DNA of 64,000 nt from Escherichia coli (GTDB taxonomy: Bacteria > Pseudomonadota > Gammaproteobacteria > Enterobacterales > Enterobacteriaceae). Under the pieces are notes generated by a model. It did no database searches and had not been told where the DNA came from. It was given only the letters and a program-made list of their open reading frames with translations. The position numbers and the translations under genes were made by a program. The stretch lies in the NCBI RefSeq assembly GCF_046105845.1, contig NZ_CP151004.1; one strand, written 5' to 3'. Below, piece after piece: positions 32,497 through 48,383 of this stretch (position 1 is its first letter; each line of letters begins with the position of its first letter).

Positions 32497-34404
32497 TCAG
32501 CCACCATTTTTTAACGCTTCAAGATACTCCCAGCGTTCAAAGGCTTGCTCCAGCTCCTGCTCTGCAGCAGCCATATCGGCGAGCACTTTTTGCGTCTGCT
32601 CATGCGGCTGACTGAAGAAGGAAGCATCCGCCACCTGCGTCTGTAGGGCTTCCAGCTTCGCCTCCAGATCTTCGAGCAATTGCGGTAGCTGCTCCAGTTC
32701 GCGCTGCAATTTATAGCTTAGTTTGCTACTGCTGCGTTTTACAGTTTCTGCTTTTGGCGCGGCGGCTTCTTCGATTTTTTTCACCGCAGGCTGTTTGAGC
32801 GCCACATACTGTTCTTGCTGACCACGGGCATCATGATAACCGCCGACATAACGACCAATTTTACCGCCGCCTTCGAAGATCCAGCATTCTGTAACGGTGT
32901 TATCGACAAACTGACGATCGTGGCTCACCAGCAATACCGTGCCCTGGTAGCTGTCGATCAGTTCTTCCAGCAGTTCCAGCGTTTCAACATCAAGATCGTT
33001 GGTCGGTTCGTCAAGAATCAATAAGTTGCTTGGTTTGAGGAACAAACGCGCCAACAACAAGCGGTTACGCTCACCGCCAGAAAGCGCACGTACCGGCGTC
33101 ATCGCCCGTTTCGGATGGAACAGGAAGTCCTGCAAATAGCCCAAAACATGGCGTGGCTTGCCGTTAACCATCACCTCTTGCTTACCTTCAGCAAGGTTAT
33201 CCATCACCGTTTTATCGGGATCCAGTTCCGCACGGTGCTGATCGAAATAAGCCACTTCCAGTTTGGTGCCAACGTGAATACGCCCGCTGTCCGCCTGAAG
33301 CTGACCGAGCATCAGTTTCAGCAGCGTGGTTTTGCCGCATCCATTCGGACCAATCAGGGCAATTTTGTCGCCACGTAGAACCTGGGCAGAAAAATCTTTC
33401 ACCAGTTGCTTACCGTCGACCTGGTAGCAAACGTCTTCCATTTCGAAAACGATCTTACCGGAGCGGCTGGCCTCTTCCACCTGCATCTTTGCGGTACCCA
33501 TCACTTCGCGACGTTCGCCACGCTCGCGACGCATTGCTTTCAGGGCGCGTACGCGGCCTTCATTACGGGTACGGCGTGCTTTGATCCCCTGGCGGATCCA
33601 CACCTCTTCCTGCGCCAGTTTGCGATCGAACTCGGCATTTTGTAGTTCTTCCACACGCAGAGCTTCTTCTTTTTCCAGCAGGTACTGGTCGTAATTCCCT
33701 GGATAGGTAACAAGTTTGCCGCGATCGAGATCAACAATGCGCGTCGCCATATTGCGGATAAACGAACGGTCGTGGGAGATGAAAATTATCGTCCCATTGA
33801 AGGTTTTAAGGAATCCTTCCAGCCAGTCGATGGTTTCGATATCCAGGTGGTTAGTCGGTTCGTCGAGCAGCAATACGCGCGGATTGCTCACCAGCGCGCG
33901 TCCTAATGCCGCTTTACGCAACCAGCCGCCGGAAAGCGACGACAGCGCAACGTTAGGATCTAACCCCAGTTGCGCCAGCACTTCGTTAATGCGGTTTTCC
34001 AGCTGCCACAGGTTGTGGTGATCCAACTGTTCCTGAACCTTCGCCAGTTCGTTGAGATTTTTCTCGCTCGGGTCGTTCATCACCAGGCGCGAAATATCGT
34101 GATAGCGTTTCAGGTATTCCGCTTGTTCTTCAATGCCTTCGGCAACGAAATCATAAACACTCCCCTCAACGTTACGCGGCGGATCCTGTTGCAGACGAGC
34201 GACAATCAAATCTTGCTCGTAAATAATGCGACCGTCATCCAGCCCTTGTTCACGGTTGAGGATTTTCATTAACGTCGATTTGCCTGCGCCGTTGCGGCCC
34301 ACCAGACAAACACGTTCGTTATCTTCGATATGCAGTTCTGCGTTATCGAGAAGCGGCGCGTCGCTGAACGACAGCCATGCGCCATGCATACTGATTAATG
34401 ACAT
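32497..34404 (-). CDS. uup: ABC-F family ATPase Uup
   Basis: 635 aa; two ABC cassettes (GRNGAGKST, GPNGCGKTT) and C-terminal coiled coil. Confidence 0.95.
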   Translation of the reverse strand: MSLISMHGAWLSFSDAPLLDNAELHIEDNERVCLVGRNGAGKSTLMKILNREQGLDDGRIIYEQDLIVARLQQDPPRNVEGSVYDFVAEGIEEQAEYLKRYHDISRLVMNDPSEKNLNELAKVQEQLDHHNLWQLENRINEVLAQLGLDPNVALSSLSGGWLRKAALGRALVSNPRVLLLDEPTNHLDIETIDWLEGFLKTFNGTIIFISHDRSFIRNMATRIVDLDRGKLVTYPGNYDQYLLEKEEALRVEELQNAEFDRKLAQEEVWIRQGIKARRTRNEGRVRALKAMRRERGERREVMGTAKMQVEEASRSGKIVFEMEDVCYQVDGKQLVKDFSAQVLRGDKIALIGPNGCGKTTLLKLMLGQLQADSGRIHVGTKLEVAYFDQHRAELDPDKTVMDNLAEGKQEVMVNGKPRHVLGYLQDFLFHPKRAMTPVRALSGGERNRLLLARLFLKPSNLLILDEPTNDLDVETLELLEELIDSYQGTVLLVSHDRQFVDNTVTECWIFEGGGKIGRYVGGYHDARGQQEQYVALKQPAVKKIEEAAAPKAETVKRSSSKLSYKLQRELEQLPQLLEDLEAKLEALQTQVADASFFSQPHEQTQKVLADMAAAEQELEQAFERWEYLEALKNGG

Positions 34405-34415
34405 TACTATTCCTT

Positions 34416-36524
34416 TCAGGCTGCGGTAATCAGCCAGCAGTTGTGGATCTGGCGGTTACGGGCGAAATCCTGGGAGAGCGTTTTTTGCGTAATTTCTTGT
34501 GCTTTCAGTCCCAGTTTTGCCAGGCCGTCGAGATCCATACGGAAGCCACGTTTGTTGTTCGAGAACATGATCGTCCCACCTGCACGCAGCAGACGTTTCA
34601 AATCTTTCATCAGCGCCAGATGATCGCGCTGAACATCAAACGCATCTTCCATTCGTTTTGAGTTAGAGAAGGTTGGCGGATCGATAAAGATCAGATCGAA
34701 CTGTTCATTTGCCTCACGCAGCCACGCCAGGCAATCGGCTTGAATCAGGCGATGCGCACGCCCGGTTAGGCCATTCAGACGCAGGTTGCGTTCTGCCCAC
34801 TCCAGATAAGTACGTGACATATCCACGGTGGTGGTGCTGCGTGCACCGCCTAATCCCGCATGCACGGTGGCGCTGCCGGTATAAGAGAACAGGTTGAGGA
34901 AATCTTTGCCTTTGCTCATCTGACCGAGCATACGACGGGCGATACGGTGATCGAGGAACAGACCGGTATCGAGGTAATCCGTCAGGTTCACCCACAAGTG
35001 AGCGTTATATTCGGTGACTTCGAGAAACTCGCCCTTCTCGCCCAGTTTCTGGTACTGATTTTTGCCCTTCTGGCGTTCACGGGTTTTCAGCACCAGTTTG
35101 TTTGGCGCAATCCCCAGTACCGAAATGGTTGCAGCGATAATATCGAACAGACGCTGACGCGCTTTGTGCGCATCAATAGTTTTTGGCGGCGCATACTCCT
35201 GCACCACCACCCAATCGGCGTAGCGGTCAACTGCAACGTTGTATTCCGGTAGATCGGCGTCGTACAGGCGGTAGCATTCAATGCCTTCCTGACGCGCCCA
35301 CTTCTCGAATTTTTTGAGGTTCTTACGCAGACGGTTGGCGTAGTCTTCTGCCACCATTGCCGGTTTGCTGTCTGGTGTGCTTTCGGCAACGTGGTAATTT
35401 TTCTGCACGCAGTCTAATGGACCGTTTTTCGCTTTGTACTGTTTGTCTGCACGCAACTGCAGGCAACTTAACAGATCCGGCGAGGCACTGAATAAAGAGA
35501 GATTCCAGCCGCCGAACTGGTTTTTCATGATTCGGCCCAGCAGGCTATGCAGCGCAATCAGCGCCGGTTCGCTGTCCAGACGTTCGCCGTAAGGCGGGTT
35601 GCTCAACACTGTACCGTATGGCCCTTTCGGCAGCGGATTGGTCAGTTGCGCGACATCTTTCACTTCAAAAGTGATCAGTTCGCCAATCCCCGCAAGACGG
35701 GCGTTAGTGCGCGCACGTTGAATCACCCGTGCGTCGCTGTCCGAACCGTAAAAATGAGAGCTATACTCAGCCAGGCCTTTACGGGCGCGGGTTTGCGCTT
35801 CTGCTTTCACTTCCTGCCAGATGGCTTCATCATGCTGTGCCCAGCCGCTAAAGCCCCAACGTCCACGGTGCAAGCCTGGTGCGCGATCGGTCGCCAGCAT
35901 CGCCGCTTCAATCAACAACGTACCGGAACCACACATCGGATCGAGCAGCGGTGTTCCTGGCTGCCAGCCGGATCGCATAACAATCGCGGCTGCCAGGGTT
36001 TCTTTGATCGGCGCAATACCAGCACGATCGCGATAGCCACGCAGATGTAAACCATCACCACTGAGATCAAGGGCGATACTGGCGGTTTCTTTATGCAGCC
36101 AGACGTTAACGCGAATATCCGGCGCATCGCGATCAACATTTGGACGCGGCAGATTTTTCCGCGTGAAAGCATCGACAATCGCGTCTTTCACTTTCATCGC
36201 ACCGTACTGACTGTTGCGGATGGTGTCATTCAAACCACTGAAGTGGACAGCGAAGGTCGCGCCAGGATTAAACATCTCTGTCCAGTTGATCGCCTGAACA
36301 CCGAGATAGAGGTCTAAATCGCTGTAAACCTTACACTCGCCCAGCGGCAACATAATACGCGAGGCCAGGCGGCTCCACATCAGGCTCTGGTAAACAAGCC
36401 GTGTGTCGCCCTTGAAATGGACCCCACCCTGAACCACCTGGCATTCAACGGCCCCCAGGTTTTCCAGTTCAGTTTTTAACAGCTCTTCCAGCCCACGGGC
36501 CGTACTGGCAAACAGAGAATTCAT
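34416..36524 (-). CDS. rlmL: Bifunctional 23S rRNA methyltransferase RlmKL (m2G2445/m7G2069)
   Basis: 702-aa [28 protein letters not shown]; recognised as RlmL/YcbY. Confidence 0.95.
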   Translation of the reverse strand: MNSLFASTARGLEELLKTELENLGAVECQVVQGGVHFKGDTRLVYQSLMWSRLASRIMLPLGECKVYSDLDLYLGVQAINWTEMFNPGATFAVHFSGLNDTIRNSQYGAMKVKDAIVDAFTRKNLPRPNVDRDAPDIRVNVWLHKETASIALDLSGDGLHLRGYRDRAGIAPIKETLAAAIVMRSGWQPGTPLLDPMCGSGTLLIEAAMLATDRAPGLHRGRWGFSGWAQHDEAIWQEVKAEAQTRARKGLAEYSSHFYGSDSDARVIQRARTNARLAGIGELITFEVKDVAQLTNPLPKGPYGTVLSNPPYGERLDSEPALIALHSLLGRIMKNQFGGWNLSLFSASPDLLSCLQLRADKQYKAKNGPLDCVQKNYHVAESTPDSKPAMVAEDYANRLRKNLKKFEKWARQEGIECYRLYDADLPEYNVAVDRYADWVVVQEYAPPKTIDAHKARQRLFDIIAATISVLGIAPNKLVLKTRERQKGKNQYQKLGEKGEFLEVTEYNAHLWVNLTDYLDTGLFLDHRIARRMLGQMSKGKDFLNLFSYTGSATVHAGLGGARSTTTVDMSRTYLEWAERNLRLNGLTGRAHRLIQADCLAWLREANEQFDLIFIDPPTFSNSKRMEDAFDVQRDHLALMKDLKRLLRAGGTIMFSNNKRGFRMDLDGLAKLGLKAQEITQKTLSQDFARNRQIHNCWLITAA

Positions 36525-36767
36525 ATCGTCACTTTTACTCTAAGAGCCTACCGCAGTAGGCGTAATTGTTGCAGTCAGTCTGGACATGGACAGCGCGGAG
36601 AAACCGGAGCGTACACAAGTACGTGAGGATTTCGAGCACTTCCCTGGGCCAAACTGACAAATAAAATAGCCTAATGGGACAGGCGCTAAGAAAATTGTTG
36701 CGCATTATAGCTAATAAGCGCGTCATGTCATAAAGTTGAGGGCTTATTTTCATTTGAGGACCGCACC

Positions 36768-37877
36768 GTGGCGACATTAACCCGGCTTTTTATTCATCCT
36801 GTTAAATCGATGCGCGGCATTGGTCTTACACATGCTCTGGCAGATGTCAGTGGTCTGGCCTTCGATCGCATCTTTATGATCACGGAACCTGACGGTACGT
36901 TTATTACCGCTCGCCAGTTTCCGCAAATGGTACGGTTTACTCCTTCACCTGTGCATGATGGCTTGCATCTCACCGCACCAGATGGCAGTAGCGCATATGT
37001 TCGTTTTGCTGATTTCGCCACACAAGACGCACCAACCGAAGTTTGGGGCACACATTTTACCGCGCGAATTGCGCCAGACGCGATCAACAAATGGCTAAGT
37101 GGATATTTCTCCCGCGAAGTGCAGTTGCGCTGGGTGGGGCCACAAATGACGCGGCGCGTGAAACGCCACAACACTGTACCCCTGTCATTTGCTGATGGCT
37201 ATCCTTACCTTCTTGCTAACGAAGCCTCGTTACGTGATCTCCAACAACGTTGTCCGGCCAGTGTAAAAATGGAGCAATTCCGCCCTAATCTGGTGGTTTC
37301 CGGCGCGTCAGCCTGGGAAGAAGATAGCTGGAAAGTGATTCGTATTGGTGATGTGGTGTTTGATGTGGTTAAACCTTGTAGCCGCTGTATTTTCACCACC
37401 GTCAGCCCAGAAAAAGGGCAAAAACATCCGGCAGGCGAACCATTAAAAACATTGCAATCTTTCCGCACTGCCCAGGATAACGGCGATGTCGATTTTGGCC
37501 AGAATTTAATTGCCCGTAATAGCGGCGTAATTCGCGTTGGCGATGAGGTGGAAATTCTGGCAACGGCTCCGGCTAAAATTTACGGCGCAGCCGCCGCTGA
37601 TGATACCGTCAACATCACGCAACAACCGGACGCAAATGTAGATATTGACTGGCAGGGACAGGCATTTCGTGGAAATAACCAACAGGTGTTGCTGGAGCAA
37701 TTAGAAAATCAGGGAATTCGTATCCCTTATTCTTGCCGCGCGGGCATTTGTGGAAGTTGCCGTGTTCAGCTTTTAGAAGGCGAAGTCACGCCGCTGAAAA
37801 AATCAGCAATGGGCGATGATGGCACCATTCTTTGCTGTAGCTGTGTACCGAAGACTGCGCTTAAGCTGACGCGTTAG
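36768..37877 (+). CDS. ycbX: MOSC-domain protein YcbX with C-terminal 2Fe-2S ferredoxin domain
   Basis: 369 aa, GTG start; C-terminal CRAGICGSC...CC cysteine motif. Confidence 0.93.
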   Translation: MATLTRLFIHPVKSMRGIGLTHALADVSGLAFDRIFMITEPDGTFITARQFPQMVRFTPSPVHDGLHLTAPDGSSAYVRFADFATQDAPTEVWGTHFTARIAPDAINKWLSGYFSREVQLRWVGPQMTRRVKRHNTVPLSFADGYPYLLANEASLRDLQQRCPASVKMEQFRPNLVVSGASAWEEDSWKVIRIGDVVFDVVKPCSRCIFTTVSPEKGQKHPAGEPLKTLQSFRTAQDNGDVDFGQNLIARNSGVIRVGDEVEILATAPAKIYGAAAADDTVNITQQPDANVDIDWQGQAFRGNNQQVLLEQLENQGIRIPYSCRAGICGSCRVQLLEGEVTPLKKSAMGDDGTILCCSCVPKTALKLTR

Positions 37878-38416
37878 ACTGCCTGTTCGAGGCTGAAGCT
37901 GTCAACATTAACCTGCGGTTTCAGCCTGTCGTTCATGATTTTGATGGCGTCGCCCAGCTGCATCGCGCGACCCGCAATAACAACGCAGGGTTGTGCCAGC
38001 AGGCATAATGCGGCATTTTCGCCAGATTCAACGACCAGCAAATTGACTTGCTCGTGAGTGTCGCTCAACCAAACGCAGGCCGTATCGCCTGGCATGGGCA
38101 CCCACATTTCACCATGGGAAACAAAATGCCAGCTTTTCGGCATTTGCGGTTTGAGATAACGAATTGCTACCAGTGCATTCAGCACTAACTCAGCTTTCTG
38201 TTCTTTGGATAACGGCAGGTCACGGCATTTTTCCTCAAAAGAAAAATAGAGCGCGGCATCATCAACACAAAAACCGGAGGGATTAAAGGCATCTGGCGTG
38301 AGCATTTTACGAGCAAAACGCGAGCGAAATAACATACCATTGGCTAAATCGAGCATCATTCGATCGTGCTCTTCATCATAATACCAGCGCCAGTTATCGT
38401 CAGGTTTAATTCGCAT
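37874..38416 (-). CDS. zapC: Cell division protein ZapC
   Basis: 180-aa [27 protein letters not shown]; recognised as ZapC (YcbW). Confidence 0.93.
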   Translation of the reverse strand: MRIKPDDNWRWYYDEEHDRMMLDLANGMLFRSRFARKMLTPDAFNPSGFCVDDAALYFSFEEKCRDLPLSKEQKAELVLNALVAIRYLKPQMPKSWHFVSHGEMWVPMPGDTACVWLSDTHEQVNLLVVESGENAALCLLAQPCVVIAGRAMQLGDAIKIMNDRLKPQVNVDSFSLEQAV

Positions 38417-38589
38417 GCGGATTCTCCCACCTAAATCATTCTGCGCAACATTGTCCTTTGCCGCTTCGTTTATTGCCCTAAATAAGAAAAGACTAAAATG
38501 TATAAATAAGCAACAGGTAAGGAATATAAAACAACCAGGGCTGGAAATAAAGCCCCGGTTGTCTCATAACGTTAAAAAGGAGAAATTAA

Positions 38590-39600
38590 TCAGATATTGC
38601 TAACGATTTCTTTAATCAAAGGCGGACCTTTAAAAATAAAACCAGAATAAATTTGCACCAGTGAGGCCCCCGCAGCAATCTTTTCACGCGCAGCGATAAC
38701 CGAGTCAATGCCGCCAACACCGATGATCGGTAAGCGACCGTTTAATTCCTGTGACAAGCGGCGAATAATTTCTGTGCTTTTTAACTGAAGCGGACGACCA
38801 CTTAAGCCACCGGTTTGATCACAATTTTTCATTCCCTGAACCAGAGAACGATCGAGCGTGGTATTGGTTGCAATAACGCCATCAATATTATGGCGAACTA
38901 AACTATCGGCAACCTGGATCAATTCTTCTTCAGAAAGATCCGGCGCGATCTTCACTGCGATCGGCACATATTTATGGTGCATCGCTTGCAAATCATTTTG
39001 CTTATTTTTAATCGCGGTTAAGAGATCATCCAGCGCTTCGCCATATTGCAGAGTACGTAATCCCGGTGTATTCGGCGATGAAATATTGATGGCGATATAT
39101 CCCGCATAAGCATAGATTTTTTCCATACAAATCAGATAGTCATCTTTACCCTGCTCCACCGGCGTATCTTTATTTTTGCCGATGTTAATACCCAGGACGC
39201 CATCATAATGGGCTTTTTTTACGTTCTCTACGAGGTTATCAACGCCAAGATTATTAAAGCCCATACGGTTGATCAAACCTTCGGCATCTACCAGACGAAA
39301 GAGACGCGGCTTGTCATTACCTGGCTGTGGACGTGGCGTGACGGTACCGATCTCGATCGATCCAAATCCCATCGCGCCTAACGCGTCAATGCACTCCCCG
39401 TCTTTATCAAGACCGGCTGCCAGACCAAGCGGATTTTTAAACGTCAGGCCCATGCAGTTAACAGGTTTCGCAGGCACTTTCTGCCGCACCAGTGCTTCAA
39501 ACGGCGTTCCTGTAATACGGCGTAATTGCTGAAAAGTAAACTCATGAGCGCGCTCTGGATCGAGCTGGAAAAGGGCTTTACGAACGAAGGGGTAGTACAT
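38590..39600 (-). CDS. pyrD: Dihydroorotate dehydrogenase (quinone)
   Basis: ORF trimmed to [20 protein letters not shown] (336 aa). Confidence 0.95.
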   Translation of the reverse strand: MYYPFVRKALFQLDPERAHEFTFQQLRRITGTPFEALVRQKVPAKPVNCMGLTFKNPLGLAAGLDKDGECIDALGAMGFGSIEIGTVTPRPQPGNDKPRLFRLVDAEGLINRMGFNNLGVDNLVENVKKAHYDGVLGINIGKNKDTPVEQGKDDYLICMEKIYAYAGYIAINISSPNTPGLRTLQYGEALDDLLTAIKNKQNDLQAMHHKYVPIAVKIAPDLSEEELIQVADSLVRHNIDGVIATNTTLDRSLVQGMKNCDQTGGLSGRPLQLKSTEIIRRLSQELNGRLPIIGVGGIDSVIAAREKIAAGASLVQIYSGFIFKGPPLIKEIVSNI

Positions 39601-39710
39601 GAACTCTCCTGGATTCCCGGTGTGCAAACCGGGGGCGTATTATGTGCGAGTTCGGACCAAAAGGGAATTGACCTGTGGCAAAAAAAGCGCAAACGTTTTC
39701 CGAGCCTGTT

Positions 39711-40421
39711 TCAGAGCAGATTTTGCTCCTTCTTTGCACTCAACCCGCCGTAATCATTTATCGTCCGCCAGGAGACATGACACGGTGCTATTGCCTGACA
39801 CCAGCTTGTCTGACGCTGGCTTTTAGGTGGCACAACTCCCGCATTACTTAACGCTTTACCATTTACGCTCACCTGAATCAGGTTAATGTAGTAAGGCGTT
39901 GGGTTAGTGAGTTGTACACCCTGCGAATTCCGTGTCCAGCGTAATTGTTGATAAGCTTCTAGCGGGTCGCCCGGCAAACCTTCGGGTCGCCAGAACAGTT
40001 TAAATACCGAGCGCATCGCCACTTTTACGCTCTGATTTTCAACTTTGCCGGATGGTACGCTGGCAATGCTTAACTCAAATAGCGTTTCGCGATCCACAGG
40101 CAAAATGCCGCTTTCCGTTCTCAGCAAGCGCAACGTGCCTGTAGTACCGGGCTTCAGGAGAATAAGTGGCGGAGCGGCCAGTAATGGTGCTGACCCTGTC
40201 GACGCTTCCCCCCCGGCCCAACGCGTTGGGCGATTGATTTTACTGTTAATAAGCCAGGATTCCTGACTGGTATTAGTCAGTGAAATAGATATCGATTCTC
40301 TGTCTGCCGGGAAGATAAATCGCGTTCCGCCAACCACCACTCCTGCCTGCAATTTCCCCGCCACCAGCAGCGATAAAACGGCAAAAATCGCGAGCGTCAA
40401 TCTGTTCCACGTATTAGTCAT
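39711..40421 (-). CDS. ycbF: Fimbrial periplasmic chaperone-like protein YcbF
   Basis: ORF trimmed to MTNTWNRLTLAIFAVLSLL (236 aa); PapD-like fold; last gene of elf operon. Confidence 0.85.
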   Translation of the reverse strand: MTNTWNRLTLAIFAVLSLLVAGKLQAGVVVGGTRFIFPADRESISISLTNTSQESWLINSKINRPTRWAGGEASTGSAPLLAAPPLILLKPGTTGTLRLLRTESGILPVDRETLFELSIASVPSGKVENQSVKVAMRSVFKLFWRPEGLPGDPLEAYQQLRWTRNSQGVQLTNPTPYYINLIQVSVNGKALSNAGVVPPKSQRQTSWCQAIAPCHVSWRTINDYGGLSAKKEQNLL

Positions 40422-40929
40422 AATGAAGTACAAATGTCGCGCTGGCATTCACTTTACCCGACTGCACATCGCTATTAACAGGTCGCAATTGCGCATAAAA
40501 AGTTAATGGCACCTTACTGCTATGTAGGCTGTAGTCTTTACTCGCCTGGTTAAGCGGAATCAATATTTTCGCATCATCCAGAATCGCAATTGCCAGCCCA
40601 CTGGCTGCATCCGTACCACTTTCAATGGACAGCATTTCGCTCTGCGTTCCGTCGGGTGTTCCTGAAAAGGTAACGTCAACCGTGCTGACATCTGTTCCGC
40701 AATCCTGCAAATTAATGATGAAAGATTTCTCCGGGCCATAGTTCCCATGAGAAAAACGTGTCAGCGAGACATCGCCTAACTGCACATTGATTTGCTTGCT
40801 ATCCTGTGCCAGCACGCATGTATTACGGCGAAACGATCCGCTAATGTTGACCGTGCCATCATGGGCAAATAGCTCACAACCCCCCGTTAATCCCAGTAAG
40901 AACAGAATCCAGATTATCCGTTTCAACAT
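40414..40929 (-). CDS. ycbV: Fimbrial-like protein YcbV
   Basis: ORF trimmed to signal peptide MLKRIIWILFLLGLTGG (171 aa); fimbrial subunit family. Confidence 0.85.
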   Translation of the reverse strand: MLKRIIWILFLLGLTGGCELFAHDGTVNISGSFRRNTCVLAQDSKQINVQLGDVSLTRFSHGNYGPEKSFIINLQDCGTDVSTVDVTFSGTPDGTQSEMLSIESGTDAASGLAIAILDDAKILIPLNQASKDYSLHSSKVPLTFYAQLRPVNSDVQSGKVNASATFVLHYD

Positions 40930-40936
40930 CACTCCT

Positions 40937-41479
40937 TCACTGGTAAACCAGATCAAAATAGAGAACCGCCGTCGCATTACCGCCCGTTGCTCCCGCCTTT
41001 GTGGACTTATAACGAAGTTGATATTTGAGTGTGTTATCCCCGGCTTTTAAGGGCGTAAGAGGCTGGACCTGATTGAGCGGGATTTCTTGCTGACTTTGCG
41101 CATCAAGAATTTGCACGGCAATCCCCGTTGCCATACCACCGCTTCCGCCTGTGTCAGTTAGTTTGAGCAGTGTCGGCGCAAGGGTGTCAGCCTCGCCGCT
41201 AAAAAGGACGTCCGCGCCAGTAATACCAGCGGCACAACCGGTGATATCGATATTCAAATCAGCAGCAGTGCTTACGGTATTCGCGGCCTGAAAATCACTG
41301 ATATTAAAATCACCAATATGAATATTTTGTAATGCACTTTTGGTGGCGACATCACAGCCCTGATCGACCACATTCCCATAAATATGCATACTAACTTGTT
41401 CAGGCCCAGCCATCCCGACATGGGTGTTAAGAAAGCTAAAGAACAAGATAACGTACTGAAATATTGTTTTTTTCTTCAT
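40937..41479 (-). CDS. ycbU: Fimbrial-like protein YcbU
   Basis: 180-aa ORF with signal peptide; fimbrial subunit-like. Confidence 0.88.
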   Translation of the reverse strand: MKKKTIFQYVILFFSFLNTHVGMAGPEQVSMHIYGNVVDQGCDVATKSALQNIHIGDFNISDFQAANTVSTAADLNIDITGCAAGITGADVLFSGEADTLAPTLLKLTDTGGSGGMATGIAVQILDAQSQQEIPLNQVQPLTPLKAGDNTLKYQLRYKSTKAGATGGNATAVLYFDLVYQ

Positions 41480-41490
41480 ACGTTCACGCG

Positions 41491-45152
<3,662 letters not shown>

Positions 45153-45176
45153 CTCGCTCTCTTAACTGAAGACGGC

Positions 45177-45878
45177 TTACGATTTACAGTTGAGTTGCGG
45201 CGTTTCCGCCCCGTAGTCATTGATGGTTCGGTACGTTACGCTACTGTTTTGAGCACCCTTTGGCAGAGGGAATTGGTATTTATCAAAGGGGGAAATCATT
45301 TGATTTTTAACTACTTTTCCACCTATTTTCAGGTCTGTCAGGGTAATGAAATAAGGTGTTGGGTTACTGACCGTAACCATGTCAGCTGACGAAGTGCAAC
45401 GCAGTTTCGCCGGAGCCTCGGCTAAGGGATATGCTAAACCTTTTGGTCGCCAAAAAAGTTTGATGACGCTTTGTGTGGCAATCTTCAGGGTATTGCCTTC
45501 TTCCCGCTTCGTTGTTGAAGGGACTGCCCGTACGCTGGTGAAGAAAAGAGTTTCTCTGTCTTTCGCCAACGGCGCACCAATATACATAATGCGTAACAGA
45601 TTCTCATTTGCCGGATTCAGCACAAATAGCGGTGGTGTAATAATAAAGTCCGCTGATTTTTTATTATCTGGTGTCATCACCCATGACTGAATAAGATAAG
45701 GAACATCCGGACTGGTGTTACGTACACCCAGTGAAATTTGCTCTTCACCTTCCGAATAAACAAGACGTGTTGCTGCAAGTCCAACCCCGCCTTTACCTGC
45801 CGCCCATGTGGACGAACAGCTGAGTAATATTGCCGTTAAACTTACGGTCACAATTCCCTTTGTTATGCAAGTTTTCAT
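45177..45878 (-). CDS. elfD: Fimbrial periplasmic chaperone ElfD (YcbR)
   Basis: 233-aa ORF, PapD-like chaperone. Confidence 0.93.
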   Translation of the reverse strand: MKTCITKGIVTVSLTAILLSCSSTWAAGKGGVGLAATRLVYSEGEEQISLGVRNTSPDVPYLIQSWVMTPDNKKSADFIITPPLFVLNPANENLLRIMYIGAPLAKDRETLFFTSVRAVPSTTKREEGNTLKIATQSVIKLFWRPKGLAYPLAEAPAKLRCTSSADMVTVSNPTPYFITLTDLKIGGKVVKNQMISPFDKYQFPLPKGAQNSSVTYRTINDYGAETPQLNCKS

Positions 45879-45960
45879 AAATAGTCACTCTTAAAAAATA
45901 TGGATATCCCCTCCAGAACACTGGAGGGGGACTAATTAATAAAACAATTAATGTGTTCTA

Positions 45961-46500
45961 TTAATAATAGTTAATATGGAAGTTTGTTACCGCATTAACA
46001 TTACCTGAAGTGGCTTTACCCGTAGCGATATAATCAACTTTAAAGGTCAACGTCTGATCTCCATTCTGCAACAAGATGTTCCCGGTTTCTGTGTCTGGCG
46101 TAATGGTCGTTGTGCCATCATTCATGTACATTTGCAGGGCCACGTTTGTAGCAGCATCAGTAGAGGCCTGATTAGCAAACGCTGTAATCTGCGTAGTATC
46201 CGCAGTGCCATTAAAGGTGAACGTTGCATTTTTTGTTACGGTAATATCACAATCTTTTAATTCAATTGGCACATCAGTTTGCACTCCAGAAACCTGGCCA
46301 TTACTTTGCAACTTCGTAGCACTAACATCTGGCAAAGTCACCACGGAATCTTTCGTCACAGCTACCAGCGAACAAGCTGGAGCAATGACTTTACCATTAA
46401 ATGTTACTTTGCCATCCGTGATAGCATTATCATCAGCCGCCATAGCACTGGACGTTGCACATACCACAGTTATAAACGCCGTCAATACACTTTTTTTCAT
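45961..46500 (-). CDS. elfA: Major fimbrial subunit ElfA (YcbQ)
   Basis: ORF trimmed to MKKSVLTAFITVVCATSSAMA (179 aa); AT-rich upstream region. Confidence 0.9.
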   Translation of the reverse strand: MKKSVLTAFITVVCATSSAMAADDNAITDGKVTFNGKVIAPACSLVAVTKDSVVTLPDVSATKLQSNGQVSGVQTDVPIELKDCDITVTKNATFTFNGTADTTQITAFANQASTDAATNVALQMYMNDGTTTITPDTETGNILLQNGDQTLTFKVDYIATGKATSGNVNAVTNFHINYY

Positions 46501-46855
46501 CGTTATCATCCTGATTTTTTCGTAAATATGATAATGCCTTTAAATGACATTGGACTTAATAATAACAACAATTGTCCGCCATTTAAATCAAGCATCCTTA
46601 ATCCAATAAGTGACAAATCTTTAATTTATAGATTTCATGAATATTTTCTTATTACCTGAATGAGTAATTCATTGATTCAACATCGACTGAATATCCAATA
46701 AATAAATACACGTGATACATATCCCTCAATCCTTAGTTCATTTTTAGAAAAAGATACACAAAATTTATATTTGGCATTTTCTTGTCTCTCCGACAGACTG
46801 ACCGAATTGTTATCAATGTTAACAAAACAAGAACAATTGGTTATAAGGAGAGAGT

Positions 46856-47431
46856 ATGCGTGTCATCACCCTGGCGGGTAGTCCTCGCTTTCCTTCTCGC
46901 TCCAGCTCCTTGCTGGAATATGCGCGGGAAAAACTGAATGGCCTGGATGTAGAGGTTTATCACTGGAATCTGCAAAACTTTGCCCCGGAAGATCTGCTTT
47001 ATGCTCGTTTCGATAGTCCGGCACTCAAGACCTTCACCGAACAGCTGCAACAGGCTGATGGACTGATAGTCGCTACACCTGTGTATAAAGCCGCCTATTC
47101 CGGTGCGCTGAAAACCCTGCTCGACCTGCTGCCAGAACGCGCTCTGCAAGGCAAAGTGGTGCTGCCGTTGGCGACGGGCGGCACGGTGGCTCATCTTTTG
47201 GCGGTCGATTACGCCCTTAAACCGGTTTTAAGCGCACTGAAAGCTCAGGAGATCCTGCACGGCGTGTTTGCCGATGACTCTCAGGTGATTGATTACCACC
47301 ACAAACCCCAGTTCACGCCAAATCTGCAAACCCGTCTTGATACCGCGCTGGAAACTTTCTGGCAGGCATTGCACCGTCGGGATGTTCAGGTTCCTGACCT
47401 TCTGTCTCTGCGAGGTAATGCCCATGCGTAA
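46856..47431 (+). CDS. ssuE: NAD(P)H-dependent FMN reductase SsuE
   Basis: 191-aa ORF MRVITLAGSPRFPSRSS; first gene of ssuEADCB. Confidence 0.95.
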   Translation: MRVITLAGSPRFPSRSSSLLEYAREKLNGLDVEVYHWNLQNFAPEDLLYARFDSPALKTFTEQLQQADGLIVATPVYKAAYSGALKTLLDLLPERALQGKVVLPLATGGTVAHLLAVDYALKPVLSALKAQEILHGVFADDSQVIDYHHKPQFTPNLQTRLDTALETFWQALHRRDVQVPDLLSLRGNAHA

Positions 47432-48383
47432 GATCATTAAACTGGCGCTGGCGGGCTTACTTAGCGTCTCTACACTTGCTGTTGCCGCGGAGTCTTCGCC
47501 AGAGGCGTTACGGATTGGCTATCAGAAAAGCAACATTAGTTCGGTGCTGGCGAAAAATTACCAAATGCTGGAAAAACGCTATCCGCAAACAAAAATCTCC
47601 TGGGTGGAGTTCCCCGCTGGCCCACAGATGCTGGAGGCGTTAAACGTCGGCAGTATCGATCTCGGCAGTACCGGGGATATTCCGCCAATCTTTGCCCAGG
47701 CTGCCGGGGCTGATTTGGTATACGTGGGCGTCGAGCCGCCGAAGCCCAAAGCCGAAGTGATTCTGGTGGCAGAAAACAGCCCGATCAAAACCGTAGCCGA
47801 TCTTAAAGGTCACAAAGTTGCCTTTCAGAAAGGTTCCAGTTCGCACAATCTTTTACTACGCGCACTACGCCAGGCCGGGCTTAAGTTTACCGATATACAA
47901 CCCACTTACCTGACACCCGCTGATGCCCGCGCCGCGTTCCAGCAAGCTAACGTCGACGCATGGGCTATCTGGGATCCCTACTACTCCGCTGCATTATTAC
48001 AGGGCGGCGTGCGGGTGCTAAAAGACGGCACCGATCTCAATCAGACCGGATCGTTTTATCTGGCTGCCCGTCCGTATGCAGAAAAAAACGGCGCATTTAT
48101 TCAGGGTGTACTGGCAACCTTTAGTGAGGCCGATGCGTTAACCCGCAGCCAGCGCGAGCAAAGCATCGCCTTATTGGCAAAAACGATGGGCTTACCGGCC
48201 CCGGTGATTGCCTCGTATCTGGATCATCGCCCTCCCACCACCATCAAACCGGTTAACGCCGAAGTTGCCGCCTTACAGCAGCAAACGGCAGATCTGTTTT
48301 ATGAAAACCGTCTGGTGCCGAAAAAAGTCGATATCCGCCAGCGTATCTGGCAGCCCACTCAACTGGAAGGAAAACAATTATGA
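47424..48383 (+). CDS. ssuA: Aliphatic sulfonate ABC transporter periplasmic binding protein SsuA
   Basis: ORF trimmed to [21 protein letters not shown] (319 aa); 8-nt overlap with ssuE. Confidence 0.93.
   Translation: MRKIIKLALAGLLSVSTLAVAAESSPEALRIGYQKSNISSVLAKNYQMLEKRYPQTKISWVEFPAGPQMLEALNVGSIDLGSTGDIPPIFAQAAGADLVYVGVEPPKPKAEVILVAENSPIKTVADLKGHKVAFQKGSSSHNLLLRALRQAGLKFTDIQPTYLTPADARAAFQQANVDAWAIWDPYYSAALLQGGVRVLKDGTDLNQTGSFYLAARPYAEKNGAFIQGVLATFSEADALTRSQREQSIALLAKTMGLPAPVIASYLDHRPPTTIKPVNAEVAALQQQTADLFYENRLVPKKVDIRQRIWQPTQLEGKQL

Noticed and set aside
36525-36767. 243-bp rlmL-ycbX divergent intergenic region as a candidate small RNA locus
   Set aside because: No clear promoter-plus-terminator pair or conserved structure visible; most simply explained as two divergent promoters.
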